Source of the DNA: Mobula hypostoma
Taxonomy: Eukaryota
DNA length: 64,000 nt
Assembly (NCBI RefSeq): GCF_963921235.1
Contig: NC_086097.1
Span: 48,548,001-48,612,000, forward strand
Direction: 5' to 3'
Shown: positions 12,098-25,382 of the stretch, piece after piece
Layout: every line of letters begins with the position of its first letter
Numbering within the stretch: the first letter of the stretch is position 1
Notes under the pieces: model-generated
What the model saw: the letters and a program-made list of their open reading frames with translations, nothing else
Told to the model about the DNA's origin: nothing
The model's database searches: none
Made by a program: the position numbers and the translations under genes

Positions 12098-13330
12098 TTA
12101 CTCTCACACAATCCATAGGAAAGACTGCTCTCATTGATGGGATACCCATTCATTTTCCTATCTTCCATGAAGAATTTAGAAAGGCATTTTTTGTTTTTAG
12201 GTCACAGTGGCAATCTCCAGCCAATCTGCCACTTGCTCAAAGAGAGTTTTGGGTTTGCGGCAGCATGTGAATGTGGTACTCCCTTTTGTTGATAGAAACA
12301 TGTGGGTTTCCTCCACCACAGCTTGTCCTTTGCAGACCCAGCCAAGTGTTAAATGTGTGGTCTTATCACACTGCTTTTTCAGTGTCACGTGGGTCACTTC
12401 ACCAGGTCTGATATGATTGTACCAGTTACATAATGTACACATTCCCGAATGCTAGCTGTGGCAGGCTTTGCTGCTTAAAATAAGCCTGTAGCATAAAAGT
12501 CAAGTGTGTTATTACTTTTATGAGCAGAGCTGTTCAGAAGGCAATTCTTCATGGAGATGTTAATGCACAATCTTTACTCCCTCCAGGATGTAGTCATTTT
12601 ATCCAATGCACAGCCCTGCAGTTGTAAAGTCATCATGTAATCTGATGGCTTGCATACTGTTTGATAGAGAATAGGATCTAGTTGGACACAGTATCTCAAA
12701 GTACACTTCTTTCCTTCATTTCACACTCCCACTCTTCCACTCTGCCTCCTTTGTTACAATTCTGCATAAGAAAAAGCAGATTGGCAATCCAACCCGATAC
12801 CTTTAACTCTTCCTACGGTGGGTGTGAATAAAAACTTCCCAGATGTTTCAAAGTTAAGTAAAGCTCAGTCCAGACTCCATAAAAAAATCCAATGCTTTGT
12901 TAGCACTTCAATCACTGAAACAGTTTTCTTCAACTTGCAGTGTACAAGGTGAGGCACTCCATCCGTATCAGATGACACCAGGCAGTCTGCTTTATTAATG
13001 CAGTAGGAACACAAACCGAAAGATTTGGGAACTCCACTCTCTTACTTCTTGTTTTAACACAAGCGACTGAGTTCCCTGTGATGTGATGAATGAGAAATAG
13101 AAGCCTCAACTGAATCTGGACACAAAACTATGGGCAGCAACCAGCCAAAAACAATTTCAGTTCCAGAATCCACCACTGTAATCAACTGTCATGAAGTCAT
13201 CAGGGATCCAGGGCCTGTGTCTCAACAGTTGAATTAGAACTATTATTGGAGAAAGAAATGTTTTATAGATAATTTGTTGAATTCTTTTCTACACGACTCT
13301 TAAGAAATTTAAAAAAATGCATCTGGATAT

Positions 13331-14031
13331 TGTGAGGGGATCCAGGAGTACCTCTATTAACTGTCTGGAGAGAGACATTTATCATTGATGGTTTGTTTGG
13401 AAAGGAGAGAGAGAGAGTTATTTACCACTGATATGTTGCTTTTGAAAAGAGAGAGAGAGACGAAGATCAACAGTTGGACTGTCACTTTAAGGCATTGGAA
13501 GTAACTTTGGATTTTTACTGAGTTTGGAGTTAGAGACGGCACCAAGCAGCTCGAAGGTTGCTATGGTGATCAAAGGCGGTGGACACTCGATGTTATGATT
13601 TTCAGCTGGTTATTGATGTTACTTCCAAGGACTTGTTGCCTGCTTGTGCACTCCTTTACAGACAAAGGAGGGAGGGGCTCCTTGAATGACAGGTGATGCT
13701 CAGCACAGAGAAATAAATGGGAGGTCAGATGATACAGACCTCAGGACACATGATCTGGACACTGAATGAGCATTGTTGTGCCCGCAGAGAAAGTGGGTTT
13801 TGGAGGATCGATCTGGCGGATTGATCCAAGTTGCTATTCCAGTTTGAGGAGAAGGGGTTGACTGGTGGGGAGTTGTCTATGTGTCCACCCTCGCCTGGGT
13901 GATAGCTCCACCACAGAAGACCGGTCCCCCTGGTTAAAGCCACAGTCGGTGACTTGTGAAGGATTTCAGAGGACGACGAGAAGATCAACGACAAGAAGAT
14001 CGACGGCATCAGCTCACCTGAAGACTCAACT

Positions 14032-14064
<33 letters not shown>

Positions 14065-14335
14065 ACTCAACTAAATACCACGAACTGAACTGAACTTTAC
14101 TCAACATCGTAAGACTGTATCTTTTTACCCCTAGACTTAAAGAAGCTTGGTTTTCATACGTATATATTCCACACTTACTTTCATATATAATCATTGCTAA
14201 CCTGTTTGATTTATCTACATTTATATTACTGTATTGCGTAGTTACTAATAAATATTAGTAGTTTATAGCAATACGGGACTCCAAAGTGGGTTCTATTTCT
14301 GCTGGTTCTTTACCCCTGTCACGGGATGCGTGACA
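13331..14335 (+). mobile_element. Solo LTR, 1005 bp, Gypsy-type
   Basis: TGTGA...TGACA termini. Perfect 4-bp TSD atat (13327-13330 / 14336-14339). AATAAA at 14247-14252. Internal (CT)n at about 14033-14060. Confidence 0.85.
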
Positions 14336-14479
14336 ATATTAACTCATTATAGGAGGCATAGATAGAGTAGACAGCCAGAATCCTTCTTAGGTAGAAATGT
14401 TGAACACTGGAGAACATTGGGGAAAGATTAAAGAGGAGTGGGATGAGTCAGTGGGATGAGTTGCAGCGTAAAAGAGAGA

Positions 14480-17340
14480 GAAAGTTGAAAAGGTTAATGG
14501 ATACAGGACTGAAGCTGTTGCATTTGAATATACCCAGTATACGGAAGGAATAAGCTTGATGATCTTCTAGCGCTGTTAGGTATTGGCAGGTATGACATTG
14601 TGGACATCACTGAATCGTGCCTGAAAGAAGATTATATTTGGGTGCTTAACATTCACAGATACACATTGTATCAAAAGGACAGACAGGTAGGCAGAGGGGG
14701 TGGGGTGGCTCTGTTGGTAAAAAATGGAATCAAATCCTTAGAAAGAGGAGATACAGGATCAGAAGGTGTTGAATCCTTGTGGGCAGGGTTAAGGTACTGC
14801 AAGAGTAGAAAGGCTCTGATGGGAATGATATACAGACCTCTGTACAGTAGCTAGGATGTGGACAACAAATTACAATAGGAGATAGAAAGCCATGTCAAAA
14901 GGGCAATGTCACGATAGTGATGGGGGATTTCAATATCCGAGTAGATTGGAAAAATTAGGTTGGTGCTGGATTGCAAGAGAGAGAATTTGTAGAATACCTA
15001 CGAGATCGCATTTGAGAGCAACTTATGGTTGAGCCCACTAGGGGAAAGACAATTCTGGATTGGGAGAAATGTATTGTTGTGTAACGAACCAGAACTGATT
15101 CGGGAGCTTCAGGTGAATAAACCATTAAGAGTCACTGACCAAAATGTGATGGAATTCACCCTGCAAGTTGAGAGGGAGAAGCTAAAGTCAGATGTATCAG
15201 TATTACAGTGGAGAAAGGGAATTACAGAGGGATAAGAGTGGAGCTGGCCAAAGTTGATTGGAAGGGAGCACTAGCAGGGATAACGGCTGAGCAGCAATTC
15301 AGAAGGTGCTGGAAAGGTACATTCCAAAGAAAAAAAATATCTTAAAGAGAGGATAACACAACTGTAGCTGAAAATGGAAGTGAAAGTTAACCTTAAAAGC
15401 AAAAGAGAGGGCATATAATAGAGCAAAAATTAGGGGGAAGTTAGAGGATTGGGAAACTTTTAAAAACCAACAGAAGACAGCTAAAATGCCACAAGAAGGG
15501 AAAAGATGAAAAACGAAGGTAAACTACCCAATAGTACTAAAGAGGATACAAGAAGTTTTTTCAGATATATAAAGAGTAAAAGAAAGGTAAGAGTAGACAT
15601 TGGACCGCTGGAAAATTACGCTGGAGAGGTAGTAATGGGGGATAACGAAATTGCGGACAAACTAAATAAGTATTTTGCATCAGTTTCATAGTGGAAGACA
15701 TTGGCAGTATGCCAGAAGTTTGAGAGTGTCAGGGGACAGAAGTGAGTGAAATTGCAAATACTAGGGAGAAGGTCCTTGTGAAACTGAAAGGTCTGAAGGT
15801 AATACCATCTGGACCAGACGGACTACACTCCAGCTTTCTGAAAGAGGTAGCTGAAGAGATTGTGGAGGCATTAGTAATGATCTTTCAAGAATTACCAGAT
15901 TCTGGCATGGTTCTGGAGGACTGGAAAATTGCAAATGTCACACCACTCTTCAAGAAGAGAGGGATGCAAAAGAAAGGAAGTTATAGACCAGTTAGCCTGC
16001 TCTCAGTGGTTGGGAAGATGTTGGAGTCGATTGCTAAGAATGTGGTTTCAGGGTACTTGGAGACAGATAATAAAATAGGACACAGTGAGCATGGTTTCCT
16101 AAGGGGAAATCTTGCCTGACAAATCTGTTGGAATACTTTGTGGAAGTAACAAGCAGGATAGGCAAAAGAGAATCAGTGGATGTTGTGTACTTGGATTATC
16201 AGAAGGCATTTGACATGAAGTTCCTTAACAAGATAAGAGTTCATGGTGTTACAGGAAAGATGCTAGCATGGATAAAGCATTGGCTGATTGGCAGGAGGCA
16301 AGGAGTGGGAATAAAGGGAACCTTTTCTGATTGGTTGCCGGTGACTAGTGGTGTTCCATAGGAGTTCTTGTTGGGACCAATTTCTTTTTATGTTGTATGT
16401 CAATGATTTGGGTGATGGAACTGATGACTTTGTGCTCAACTTTGCAGAAGATACAAAGATAGGTGGACAGGCAGGTAATGTCAAGACAGCAGGTAGGCTG
16501 TGGAAGGACTTAGATGGATTAGGAGAATGGGCAAAAAAGTAGCAAATGGAATACAGTGTTCAGAAGTGTATGGTTTGCAGTTTGGTAGAAGGAATAAAAA
16601 CCTAGACTACTTTCTAAATGGGTAAAAAATTCAAACATCTGAGGTGCAAATTGACTTGGGAGTCCTCGTGCAGGATTCCCCGAAGGTTAACTTGTAGGTT
16701 GAGTTGGTGGTGAGGAAAGCAAATGCAAGGTTGACATTCATTTCAAGAGGACCAGAATAAAAAAAGCAAAGACGTAATGCTAAGGATTTATAAGTCACTG
16801 GTGAGGCCTCACTTGGATTTTTGTGAGCACATTTGAGCCCTTATTTAAGAAAGGATGTGCTGACATTACGGAGGATTCAGAGGAAGTTCACGAGAATGAT
16901 TCCAGGAATGAAAGAAGCAATTCATGGCTCTAGGTCTTTACTCACTAGAATTTGGAAGAATGAGGGAGTACCTCTTTGAAACCAATTGAATGTTGTAAGG
17001 TCCAGATAGAGTGGATGTAGGGAGGATGTTCCTTGTGGTGGGTGAGTCTAGGACCAGAGAGCCCTGCCTCAGACTGGAGGGACATCCTTTTAGGATGGAG
17101 ATGAGGAGGAATTGCTTTATCCAAAGGGCAGTGAATCTGTAGAATTTGTTGCCACTGGCGGATATGGAGACCAGGTCATTGGGTGTATTTAAGGCGAAGG
17201 TTGATAGGTTCTTGATTAATCAGCACATAAAGGGCTACAGGGAGAAGGCAGGAGCATGGGGTTGAGAGGGAACTATATCAGCCATGATGAAATGGTGCAG
17301 CAGACTAGATGGGCTGAATGACCTAATTCTGCTTCTATGA
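14480..17340 (+). pseudogene. Decayed CR1 ORF2 (APE endonuclease + RT) and 3' UTR
   Basis: Fragments DITES, KDRQVGRGGGVALLVK, IYRP, EDWKIANVTPLFKK, YRPVSL, YLDYQKAFD, TSGVP and FAEDTK, broken by many stops and frameshifts; CR1 3' UTR at the end. Confidence 0.9.
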
Positions 17341-17799
17341 TCTTTTTACTGCCAACTGCCAACAGGACATCAGCCATCTTGACTTCAACACTCCTCTCTC
17401 CAAATCCAAAGAGTGGTAGGTGTTTGATGCAGCTGACAGGGTGCTGTAGAAAAAGACACAATAACAGCATCCAAGAAGCTTTTAGATAGGCACATGAAGG
17501 GAATGGAGGAATATGGATTATTTGCAGGCAAAAGAGATGAAGTTAATTTGGTATCATGATTGGCACAGATATTATAGGCTGAAGTACCTGTTTCTTTGTT
17601 GTACTCTTCTACATTCCGTTTCGATAATGATGCAAATATTTACTCTTTACCTTAATCTATACTTTACTATGATCCCCATTATGAACTCTTAATGGAGTGT
17701 TTGTTTGGATACTCACTGAGTAGGAAGTTTAGGATGCCGAGAGTATGCAATATCCTGTTAGTATAAAAGCTGCTCTCATGATGAGCTGAGATAAAAGGC

Positions 17800-18925
17800 T
17801 TCCATATAAACAGGATATTAACACTAAAAGTTAGACTAAGGAGAGGCTAGGTCATCTTAAAAACCATCAGGGCTGCCTTTGTGTGAGGTTACAGGAGATG
17901 GGTGAGATATTTAATGTTCATTTCTCCTTGATGTTTACTAAGCAGAATATTATGGACCCCAAAGAAATTAGGGTAATAAGTAGGTAGGGAGATTCAGAGA
18001 AGTAGGGTACCTCAGGAACCTATGTAGGGACCTCTGTTATTCATTATTTATGTGAATAATTTGGACGTGAATGTACATGGAATGATTAACAAGTTTGCAG
18101 AGCATACCAAATTTGGCAAGGGGGGCCGCAGCCTTGTTGATTGTGATGAAGTTTATAATGAATAGCAAAGAGATCTTGAGCTGAGGAATGGCAAATCGTT
18201 TTCAACTTGGTGGTGCAATTTGGATATTCAGACTAGGGTAGGACCTATACAGTGAACGGCAGGGCACTGCTGAGTGTTGTGAAACAGAGGAACCTGGGGC
18301 ATAAGGGCACAGTTTGCTGAAATCGGCTGCACAAGGTAGGTGAGGTGGTAAAGGTGTTCGGCAGTCTGGCCATCATCAGTCAGGGCAACGAGCTTAGGAG
18401 TGCAGATATATAAGCTGTTGGTGACACGGCACTTGGTGTGTTGTGTACAGTTTTGGTGACCCTCTTAGAGGAGAGATGTTGTCAAGCTGTAGAGGCTGCA
18501 GATGAGAATAACAAGAATGCTGCCTCGACCCGAGTGCCTGAGTTACAGGGAGTGACTGGCTATGCTAGATCTTTCTTTCTTGAAGTGTAGGAAGATGAGG
18601 AATGACATCATAGAAGTTTATAAAATCATGAAGGATATGGATAAGGTGAGTGCTCACAGCCTTTTCTCCAGGGTTACGGAATTCAAAACTAGTGGACACA
18701 GGTACAAGGTAAGAGAGGACAGAACTAAAAGAGACCAGTAAAGTAACTTCTTTACATAGGAGGTAGTGAGTACCTAGAGTAGTCTGCCAGAGGCAGTGGT
18801 TGAAGTGGGGCTTGGAGACAAATGAGTCAATGCAGACAACTGGGACGAGCAGGAGCGTTGCTGTGGTCAGCATGGATCATTTGGACTGCAGGGCCTGTTT
18901 CTGTACTGCACTACTCGATGGCTCT
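17800..18925 (+). mobile_element. Old, internally deleted CR1
   Basis: gggtacctcagg...gggacctctgttattc (GVPQG..GPLLF), aagtttgcagag, and the C-terminal and 3' UTR similarity. Confidence 0.75.
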
Positions 18926-19244
18926 ATAATATTAAAATGTTACACGATGAAAATTTCAGTAACACTGAGAGAATATGTTGAGCTACAAGTATACATTTTG
19001 CATCTTGTATTTTTGGTCTATTGTTAATCACATTTGTCTTATGCCAGTGACCTTTGAGACAAATATTTAACCCTGTCTATACTACGTTAGCAATTCTCAG
19101 CCAATGTAACACAGTGTAACAAGGAGACTGTCTTGCTGGGCAGTAAAGCAGACCCAGCACTGTTAGAGGGTGTCACGGCAAATAAAATGTGTGGAAGATG
19201 ATAGGTGAAAATACAATGGATCAAAGTGAGCGGGCAAGCAGGCA

Positions 19245-19553
19245 ACAGGAATCAGGTCTATTGTCATTGACATAGGTGGTGAAGTTTGGTGATCTGTAGC
19301 TGCAGTACAGTGAAGGCAAAGTTCAATGTTCAAAGTAAATTTATTATCAAAGTACATTTATGTCACAGATACAACCATGAGATTCCTTTTCTTGCGGGCA
19401 ATCACAGTAAATATAAGAAACAGAACAGAATCAATGAAAGACCACACCCAACTGGATGGACAACAACCAAAGCGCAAATACAAAAAAGTATAGAAAAATA
19501 AAGAAGCAGTGAGAATAATAATAACTAACTAACTAAGTAAATAGATAGATAGA

Positions 19554-19584
<31 letters not shown>

Positions 19585-20395
19585 ATAGTAAATATCGAGA
19601 ACATGAGATGAAGAGTCCTTGAAAGTGAGTCCATATGTTCTGGGAACAGTTCAGTGATGAGGCAAGTGAAGTTGAGTTAAGTTATCCCCTCTGGTTCAAG
19701 AGCTTGATGGTTGAGAGGTAATAACTGTTCCTGAACATGGTGGTGAGAGTCCTGAGGCTCCCATACCTTCTCCCTAACACAAAATAATCTGCAGATGCTG
19801 GGGTCAAAGCAACGCTCACAACACGCTGGAGGAACTCAGCTGGAGTTCCTCCAGTGTGTTGTGAGTGTTGGTCGTACCTTCTCCCTGATGGCAGTAGCAA
19901 GAAGAGAGCATGATCTGGATGGTGGTGTTCCTTGATGCTGGATGCTGTTTCCCTGTGACAGCGCTCCATGTAGAAGTGCTCAATGGTGGATGGCTTTACC
20001 CGCAATGGATCCATTACTTTTTGTAGGATTTTTTGTACAAGGGCATTTGCTGGTATGCAACAAGTTGCAATATATTCTCCACCGCACATCAATAGAAGTT
20101 TGTCAAAGTTTCATATGATATCCCGAACCTTTACAGACTTCTAAGAAAGAAGAGGCACTGAGTGCTTTCTTTGTAATGGCACTCACATGCTAGATACAGG
20201 ATGGATCCTCTGAATTGATAACACCAAGGAACTTAAAGTTGCTGACCCTCTCCACCTCTGACTGGTTCATGGACCTCCTTTTTCTTCCTCCTGAACTCAA
20301 TAATCTTGTTGTTGCTAACATTGAGTGAGAGTTTGTTGTTGTGGGAGCACTTTGTCACTTTTTTTTCCTCCCTCCTATATGCTGATTCTTCACTA
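19245..20395 (-). mobile_element. Rex1/Babar-type LINE 3' fragment(s), containing (TAGA)/(TAAA)n and a Penelope-type insert
   Basis: ORF 19682-20092 contains HHPDHALFLLLPSGRRY...TTMFRNSYY; 3' UTR tttattatcaaagtac. Confidence 0.8.
19776..19872. mobile_element. 97-bp palindromic Penelope-type insertion
   Basis: 28-bp arms at 19810-19837 and 19843-19870 (2 mismatches). 14-bp TSD cataccttctccct (19762-19775) / cgtaccttctccct (19873-19886). Confidence 0.85.
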
Positions 20396-20399
20396 CATA

Positions 20400-20920
20400 T
20401 ATGTCATCATATACTACCCTGAGGTACATTTTCTTGTGGGCATTCACAGTAGACACAAAATTATTTACTCTAAGTTATAGCATAGCAAAGTATTCAATGC
20501 TATAATAAACAAAAAACCAATAAACAAGAGTACATAAATATATAGAAAGATAGATAAATAGTGCAAAAGAATAGTGAGGTAGTGTTCATACTTTCATTGT
20601 GTGTTCACAAATCTGATGGCAGAGGGGAAGAAGCTATTCCTAAAATGTTGAATGCATGTCTTCAGGCTCCTGCACCTCCTCCCTGATGGTAGCAATGAGA
20701 AGAGGGCATGTCTTGGATGGTGATGGTCTTTCTTGAGGTACCGGCTTTGGAAATTGACCTCGATGGTGGGGACGCTTGTCCTGTGATCTAAGTGGCCGAA
20801 TCTACAACCCTCTGCAGCCTCTTACAATCCTGTGCATTGGCACCTCCATACCAGGCGGTCATGTAACCAGTTAGAATGGTGCATCTGTAGAAATCTGCTA
20901 GAATCTTTGGTGACATATCC
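20400..20920 (-). mobile_element. Rex1/Babar-type LINE 3' fragment
   Basis: ctgatggcagaggggaagaagct...cctcctccctgatggtagcaatgagaagagggcatg is shared with copies at 38020, 48395 and 53255. Confidence 0.8.
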
Positions 20921-21084
20921 TAATAAGGCAGTGCCAACACTGGTAAAAGACACACTGGGGGAAGGTGGTAGGGTGAGTTGATGCTATCATGTTCTAAAGG
21001 CAGTAACTGAGCATTCTACAACAGTCAAAATGTGACACAAAAATGAAAAATCCATCTGATTGATGAGTGACATAGAAAAAGAAA

Positions 21085-21385
21085 AGTCTTGTATTTATAT
21101 AGTGCCAGTCCAAAGTACCTTACAGCCAAAGAAAACATCACACTGTAGTAAGAAATGAAGCAGACAGTTAGCACAAAGCAAGGACACACTAACATTTTCC
21201 CCATAGCATGACTGTACGAACTGCAGTGATGACAACAAACTCACTTGTGGTGATGTTGACAGTAGGATAAACACTGTTTATCTGGGGACACCGGAAAGAA
21301 TTTCACTGCACTTCTCTGGAAGAAATAAAATCTTTCACATCCATTTTAGTAGGCAGTCAGGACTTTGATTTAAAATCTTATATAC
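21085..21385 (-). mobile_element. Degraded DeuSINE (SacSINE1-like)
   Basis: cttgtatttatatagtgcc..ccaaagtaccttacagccaa..gtgatgttgac..ggataaa..ggacaccgg..tctttcacatcca..aggcag is colinear with the recalled reverse complement of the shark Deu-domain SINE. Confidence 0.6.
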
Positions 21386-22289
21386 AGGGGAACTTAAAAA
21401 TAATTGACAGTAAGTAAGTTTACAAAAGGAAAGATTTTAATTAAAATATCATGGTAAAGGATTCAGTTATGAAGATATCATTTTGAGCATCAAGTCTGAC
21501 CTAGATGAAATCAGCCTGGGAACATGACAATTTAAGCTCTAATTATAATGCACTGATGATTGGACTGTATGAGTTATGAAGTCCTTGAGTATTTAACAGG
21601 CCGACATGATATTCCTCAGATATTATCTACAGTAACCCATGGCATAACCTTTTCTTTTGCTAATTAGAAAATTTTCCTGTTAAGCTGTTGAGGAGGCAAT
21701 GAATATGTGGCGCCAAAAGCGCACGCCAAAAATGACCGAGTCTATAGTGTATTCTCCCAATTGCACAGCTCGGTAACACTTTCAACCCATGTCTGTGAGA
21801 TTTGTTAAAGGATATCAGGGGTCTGCCTGAAGCTGTAGTGCAGATATAGTCAAACTACATCTCCCACTGGGTGATGGCAGCTGAATGTACTTACAATGAT
21901 TATGATTAATTTCTTCAGCACTCAATTTGCTTTAATATTTTCTTCCTTTTCTGTGTTCATAGCGATAATTTCGTTCTTACAGTGAATTCAGCATGACAGT
22001 TTAATTGGCTCAGACAAGCTTAAGCCTGAAATGAATCTGTAATATTAATATGCTATTGACCAGAGCAATGGATTACACTAACTAAGGGCGTGATAAGTGA
22101 TTGACTGAACAGGATCTTTGTGGCTAGTTTGAAGACTTTAAAAAGTCATTGGCAGTAATCATGAAGATTATTTTCTAACAGTGACATGGTATTTGTACAG
22201 GGATTCTTCAAAGAACCCATGGCCTTATTGTGACTGATTTTTTTAAAGATAATGGTATTTCTATGTGCTGATCAATTGCCGTAAGGTAA

Positions 22290-22990
22290 TTGAATCACAC
22301 AGCTCAGAAACAGGCCTTTAAGCCCAACATGACAATGCTGACCATCAAGTACCCATCTATACTAATCTCACTTATCAGCACTTGGTCTGTTGCCTTCTAT
22401 GTCTTGACGATTAGACTGCTCATCCAAATGCTTACTAAATTAAGTTTAATAAGTTAATATTAACCAGCCAGTGGCCGTTTGTTCAAGTCGCTGCCCTCGG
22501 AGGGGTTGCTGCATCCCAATGCTCTCAGAGATGATATTGAAGTTCTGAGATTTTTGGATTGGAGTGTAGTTCATGTTGGCCTTTTTCAGTTCTATGTTTT
22601 TTTAGTCTTCTCGCCCATTGTTTCTTGTTGCAGATCGTTGGGCTGGAGGTTTGGGTGACCTGTTACTTTTGGGTGAGCTGTGAGGGAGGGATAGTGGGGT
22701 ATTTGGGGTTTGTGAGCTTTTATTTCTTTTCATGTGGGGGGATTGATATCCTTCTTTCAACTACTTCTATGGTTTTCTGTATTCTATGGCTATCTGGAGA
22801 AGACAAATTTCAGAGTTGTATTCTACCTACATACTTTGAGAATAAAACTGAACCTTTCGAACCTTTGAATGTGCCTTCAACACTCATTCAGGCAGTGCCT
22901 TCAGATTCTAACTTGAGTGAAAAAATCTTCTGCAAATCCCCATTAATCCTCTCATCCTTTACTCTAAGCCTATATCCTCTGGGTACAGAC
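22290..22990 (-). mobile_element. Old CR1 3' fragment interrupted by a + strand non-autonomous element (about 22470-22869)
   Basis: CR1 3' UTR (gaaacaggcc..gcccaac) breaks at about 22440 and resumes at 22870. The insert ends aataaaactgaacctttcgaacctttgaa. Confidence 0.55.
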
Positions 22991-23209
22991 ACCTGATGAC
23001 ATGTGGTCTTGATGCGATTTAAATCTTTTAAAGTCTATGTCTATGATTTGGCACAAAAGATTCAGACAATGTATGTTGTCCTCAAAAAGAAAGGTTTTCC
23101 AAACATAAACAGTAATTGATAACTAAATAGTATTGTTGCATTGCTCTCAAAACTTAAATCATGCTATTCGAATAGCAAGAAAATAATATCTGATGCTGTG
23201 GGGTCTATG

Positions 23210-24418
23210 GGGGATGCAATCTCATGGCTCTTCACACAGCCTTGGGTCACCTGGACAATATAAATGCCTGTGTTAGGATGCTGTTTATTGACTAGCTCAG
23301 CATTTAACACAATTATTCCTACTGTTCTGATTGAGAAGTTCCGGAACTTGGGCCTCTGGTACTTCCCTCTTCAACTGGATCCTTGACTTCCTGACCGAAA
23401 GATCACAATCTGTGCAAATCAGAAATAATATTTCCACCTTGCTGACAATCAACACTGGTGCACCTCAGGGATGTGTGTTTAGACCACTGCTCTACTCCCT
23501 TTACTCCCATGACTGTGTGGCTAGGCACAGGTCAAATGGCATCTATAAATTTGCTGATGATACAACTACCGTTGGCAGAATTTCAGATAGCGATGAGAGG
23601 ATGTACAGGAGCAAGATATATCAGCTAGTTGAGTGGTGTCGCAGCAACAAACTTGCATGCACTGTCAGTAAGAACAAAGAACTGATTGTGGACTTCAGAA
23701 AGGGTAAGAGGAAGGAACCCACGCTGGTCTTCAAAGCGGGATCAGAAGTGGAAAGATTGAGCAATTTTACATTACTGGGTATCAATTTCTCTGAGGAGCT
23801 ATCCTAGACCCAACATTTCGATGAAGCTGTAAAGAAGGCACAACAGCGGCTATGTTTCATCGAGAGTTTGAGGAGTGTCAAAGACACTCAGAAATTTCTA
23901 CGGATGTATTGTGGAGAGCATTCTAACTGGCTGCATCGCTATCTGGTATGGGGAGGTTGGGGGGGGGGTTACAGCACAGGATCAAAATAAGCTGTAGAGA
24001 GTGTTAAACTTAGTCAGCTCCATCATGTGCACTAGCCTCTGTAGTATCCAGGACATCTTCAAGGAGAGAAGCCTCGAATAGGCGGTGCCCATCTTTAAGG
24101 ACTCCCAGCACCCAGGTCATGCCTTGTTCTCATTGCTACCATCAGGGAGGGGGTAGCGAAGCCTGAAGTCAGACACTGATTGTTCCAGGAACAGCTTCTT
24201 CCCCTCTGCCGTTGATTTCTGAATGGACATTGAACCCATGAACACCACCTCACTGTTTCTACTTTTGCACTACTTATTTAATTAAACTATTTAATATATA
24301 TAAACTTACCTTAATTCACAGGTTTTTTCCCTATTATTATGTATTGCATTGTATTTCTGCCACAAAGATAATAAATTTTACGACATATGCTGGTGATTTT
24401 ATAACTGATTCTGATTCT
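23210..24418 (+). pseudogene. Rex1/Babar-type LINE RT fragment and 3' UTR
   Basis: [20 protein letters not shown] and YKFADDTT; stops and frameshifts; (TGATTC)n tail. Confidence 0.9.
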
Positions 24419-25328
24419 GTGATTTCCGATTGTCCTGAATAGAAATGCTTCTCAGCAAAAAGTGTATTTGGTTGAGTTGGCCAGTTCCACCTACTTCAGC
24501 GTTGTTACTGTGGTAACCTATGCATGTTCTTCTGACTTTCACTGAATATTGCTTTTGATTTTTACTTGACTATTTAAGCAAATTGATTTTTTTTTAAATG
24601 GAAATGCATTTGCTTGCTACCTCCATTCACTTCACATGTAGAATTTCAGGGACTGAACAAAAAGAGATCAGTCATGCATACCAATATACACTACAGCCTC
24701 ATTAGAACAATCACCTTTTCTTCTCCTTAGGAGACACAAACTCACTGTGCTGTAATGAGGTGCATTCAGGAGTGCGGATCTTTTAACGCTGCATATAACA
24801 CGCTATGCACAAATCTGCAGCCATAGCCCGCTCAATTTATTGTAGCTGGGGCAATGTTATACTCAAGAGCCTTATAATGAGAGTTGCATCTTAGACTGTG
24901 TAGTCATTTTCACGTAAATTTATTCCATGGGTTTTAGTGGTAATTTCACTGCTCAGTAAAGACAAACTATTATACTATCACTGATCTGAAACACTTCCAA
25001 ATATATATTAAGAAATTCCACTTTCCCAGAAACAGATCATTATAACTGTGATAGTAAATTATTGAGGTGCTACCACTCACATGGGCACTGGGAATGGTGC
25101 TGTCAGGCTTGACTCTCACACCATCCCTCCCATTAGAGATCTTTTATCATTCCTGGCATAAAGGAGGTCGGTTGTGCAACATGTCCGCAGTGAGCATCAC
25201 CAGTGAGATCCAATTTACAATGGCTTCTTTGATAGTTCCTCGTAATCGTTCAGCATATAAAATCCAATATAACTGAGGTCCCTGTGGAATTCAGTCTGCT
25301 GGTTTGGCCCTTTGTTTAATCTGACGCC

Positions 25329-25382
25329 AAGGTTACTGTACCTGGAACTCCCAGGTGGTCTTCCACTCAGGTTGATTACCAG
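25329..25382 (-). pseudogene. Degenerate 5S rRNA-like 3' half
   Basis: 32/44 identities by manual alignment to the reverse complement of the vertebrate 5S rRNA 3' end as recalled (AAGCCTACAGCACCCGGTATTCCCAGGCGGTCTCCCATCCAAGT). Confidence 0.5.

Noticed and set aside
12197..12990. Unique-looking stretch with short ORFs
   Set aside because: Frames close quickly and I recognise no protein or repeat similarity.
24731..24830. Strong acceptor-like tract ccttttcttctccttag
   Set aside because: All three frames stop within about 100 bp and there is no convincing donor.
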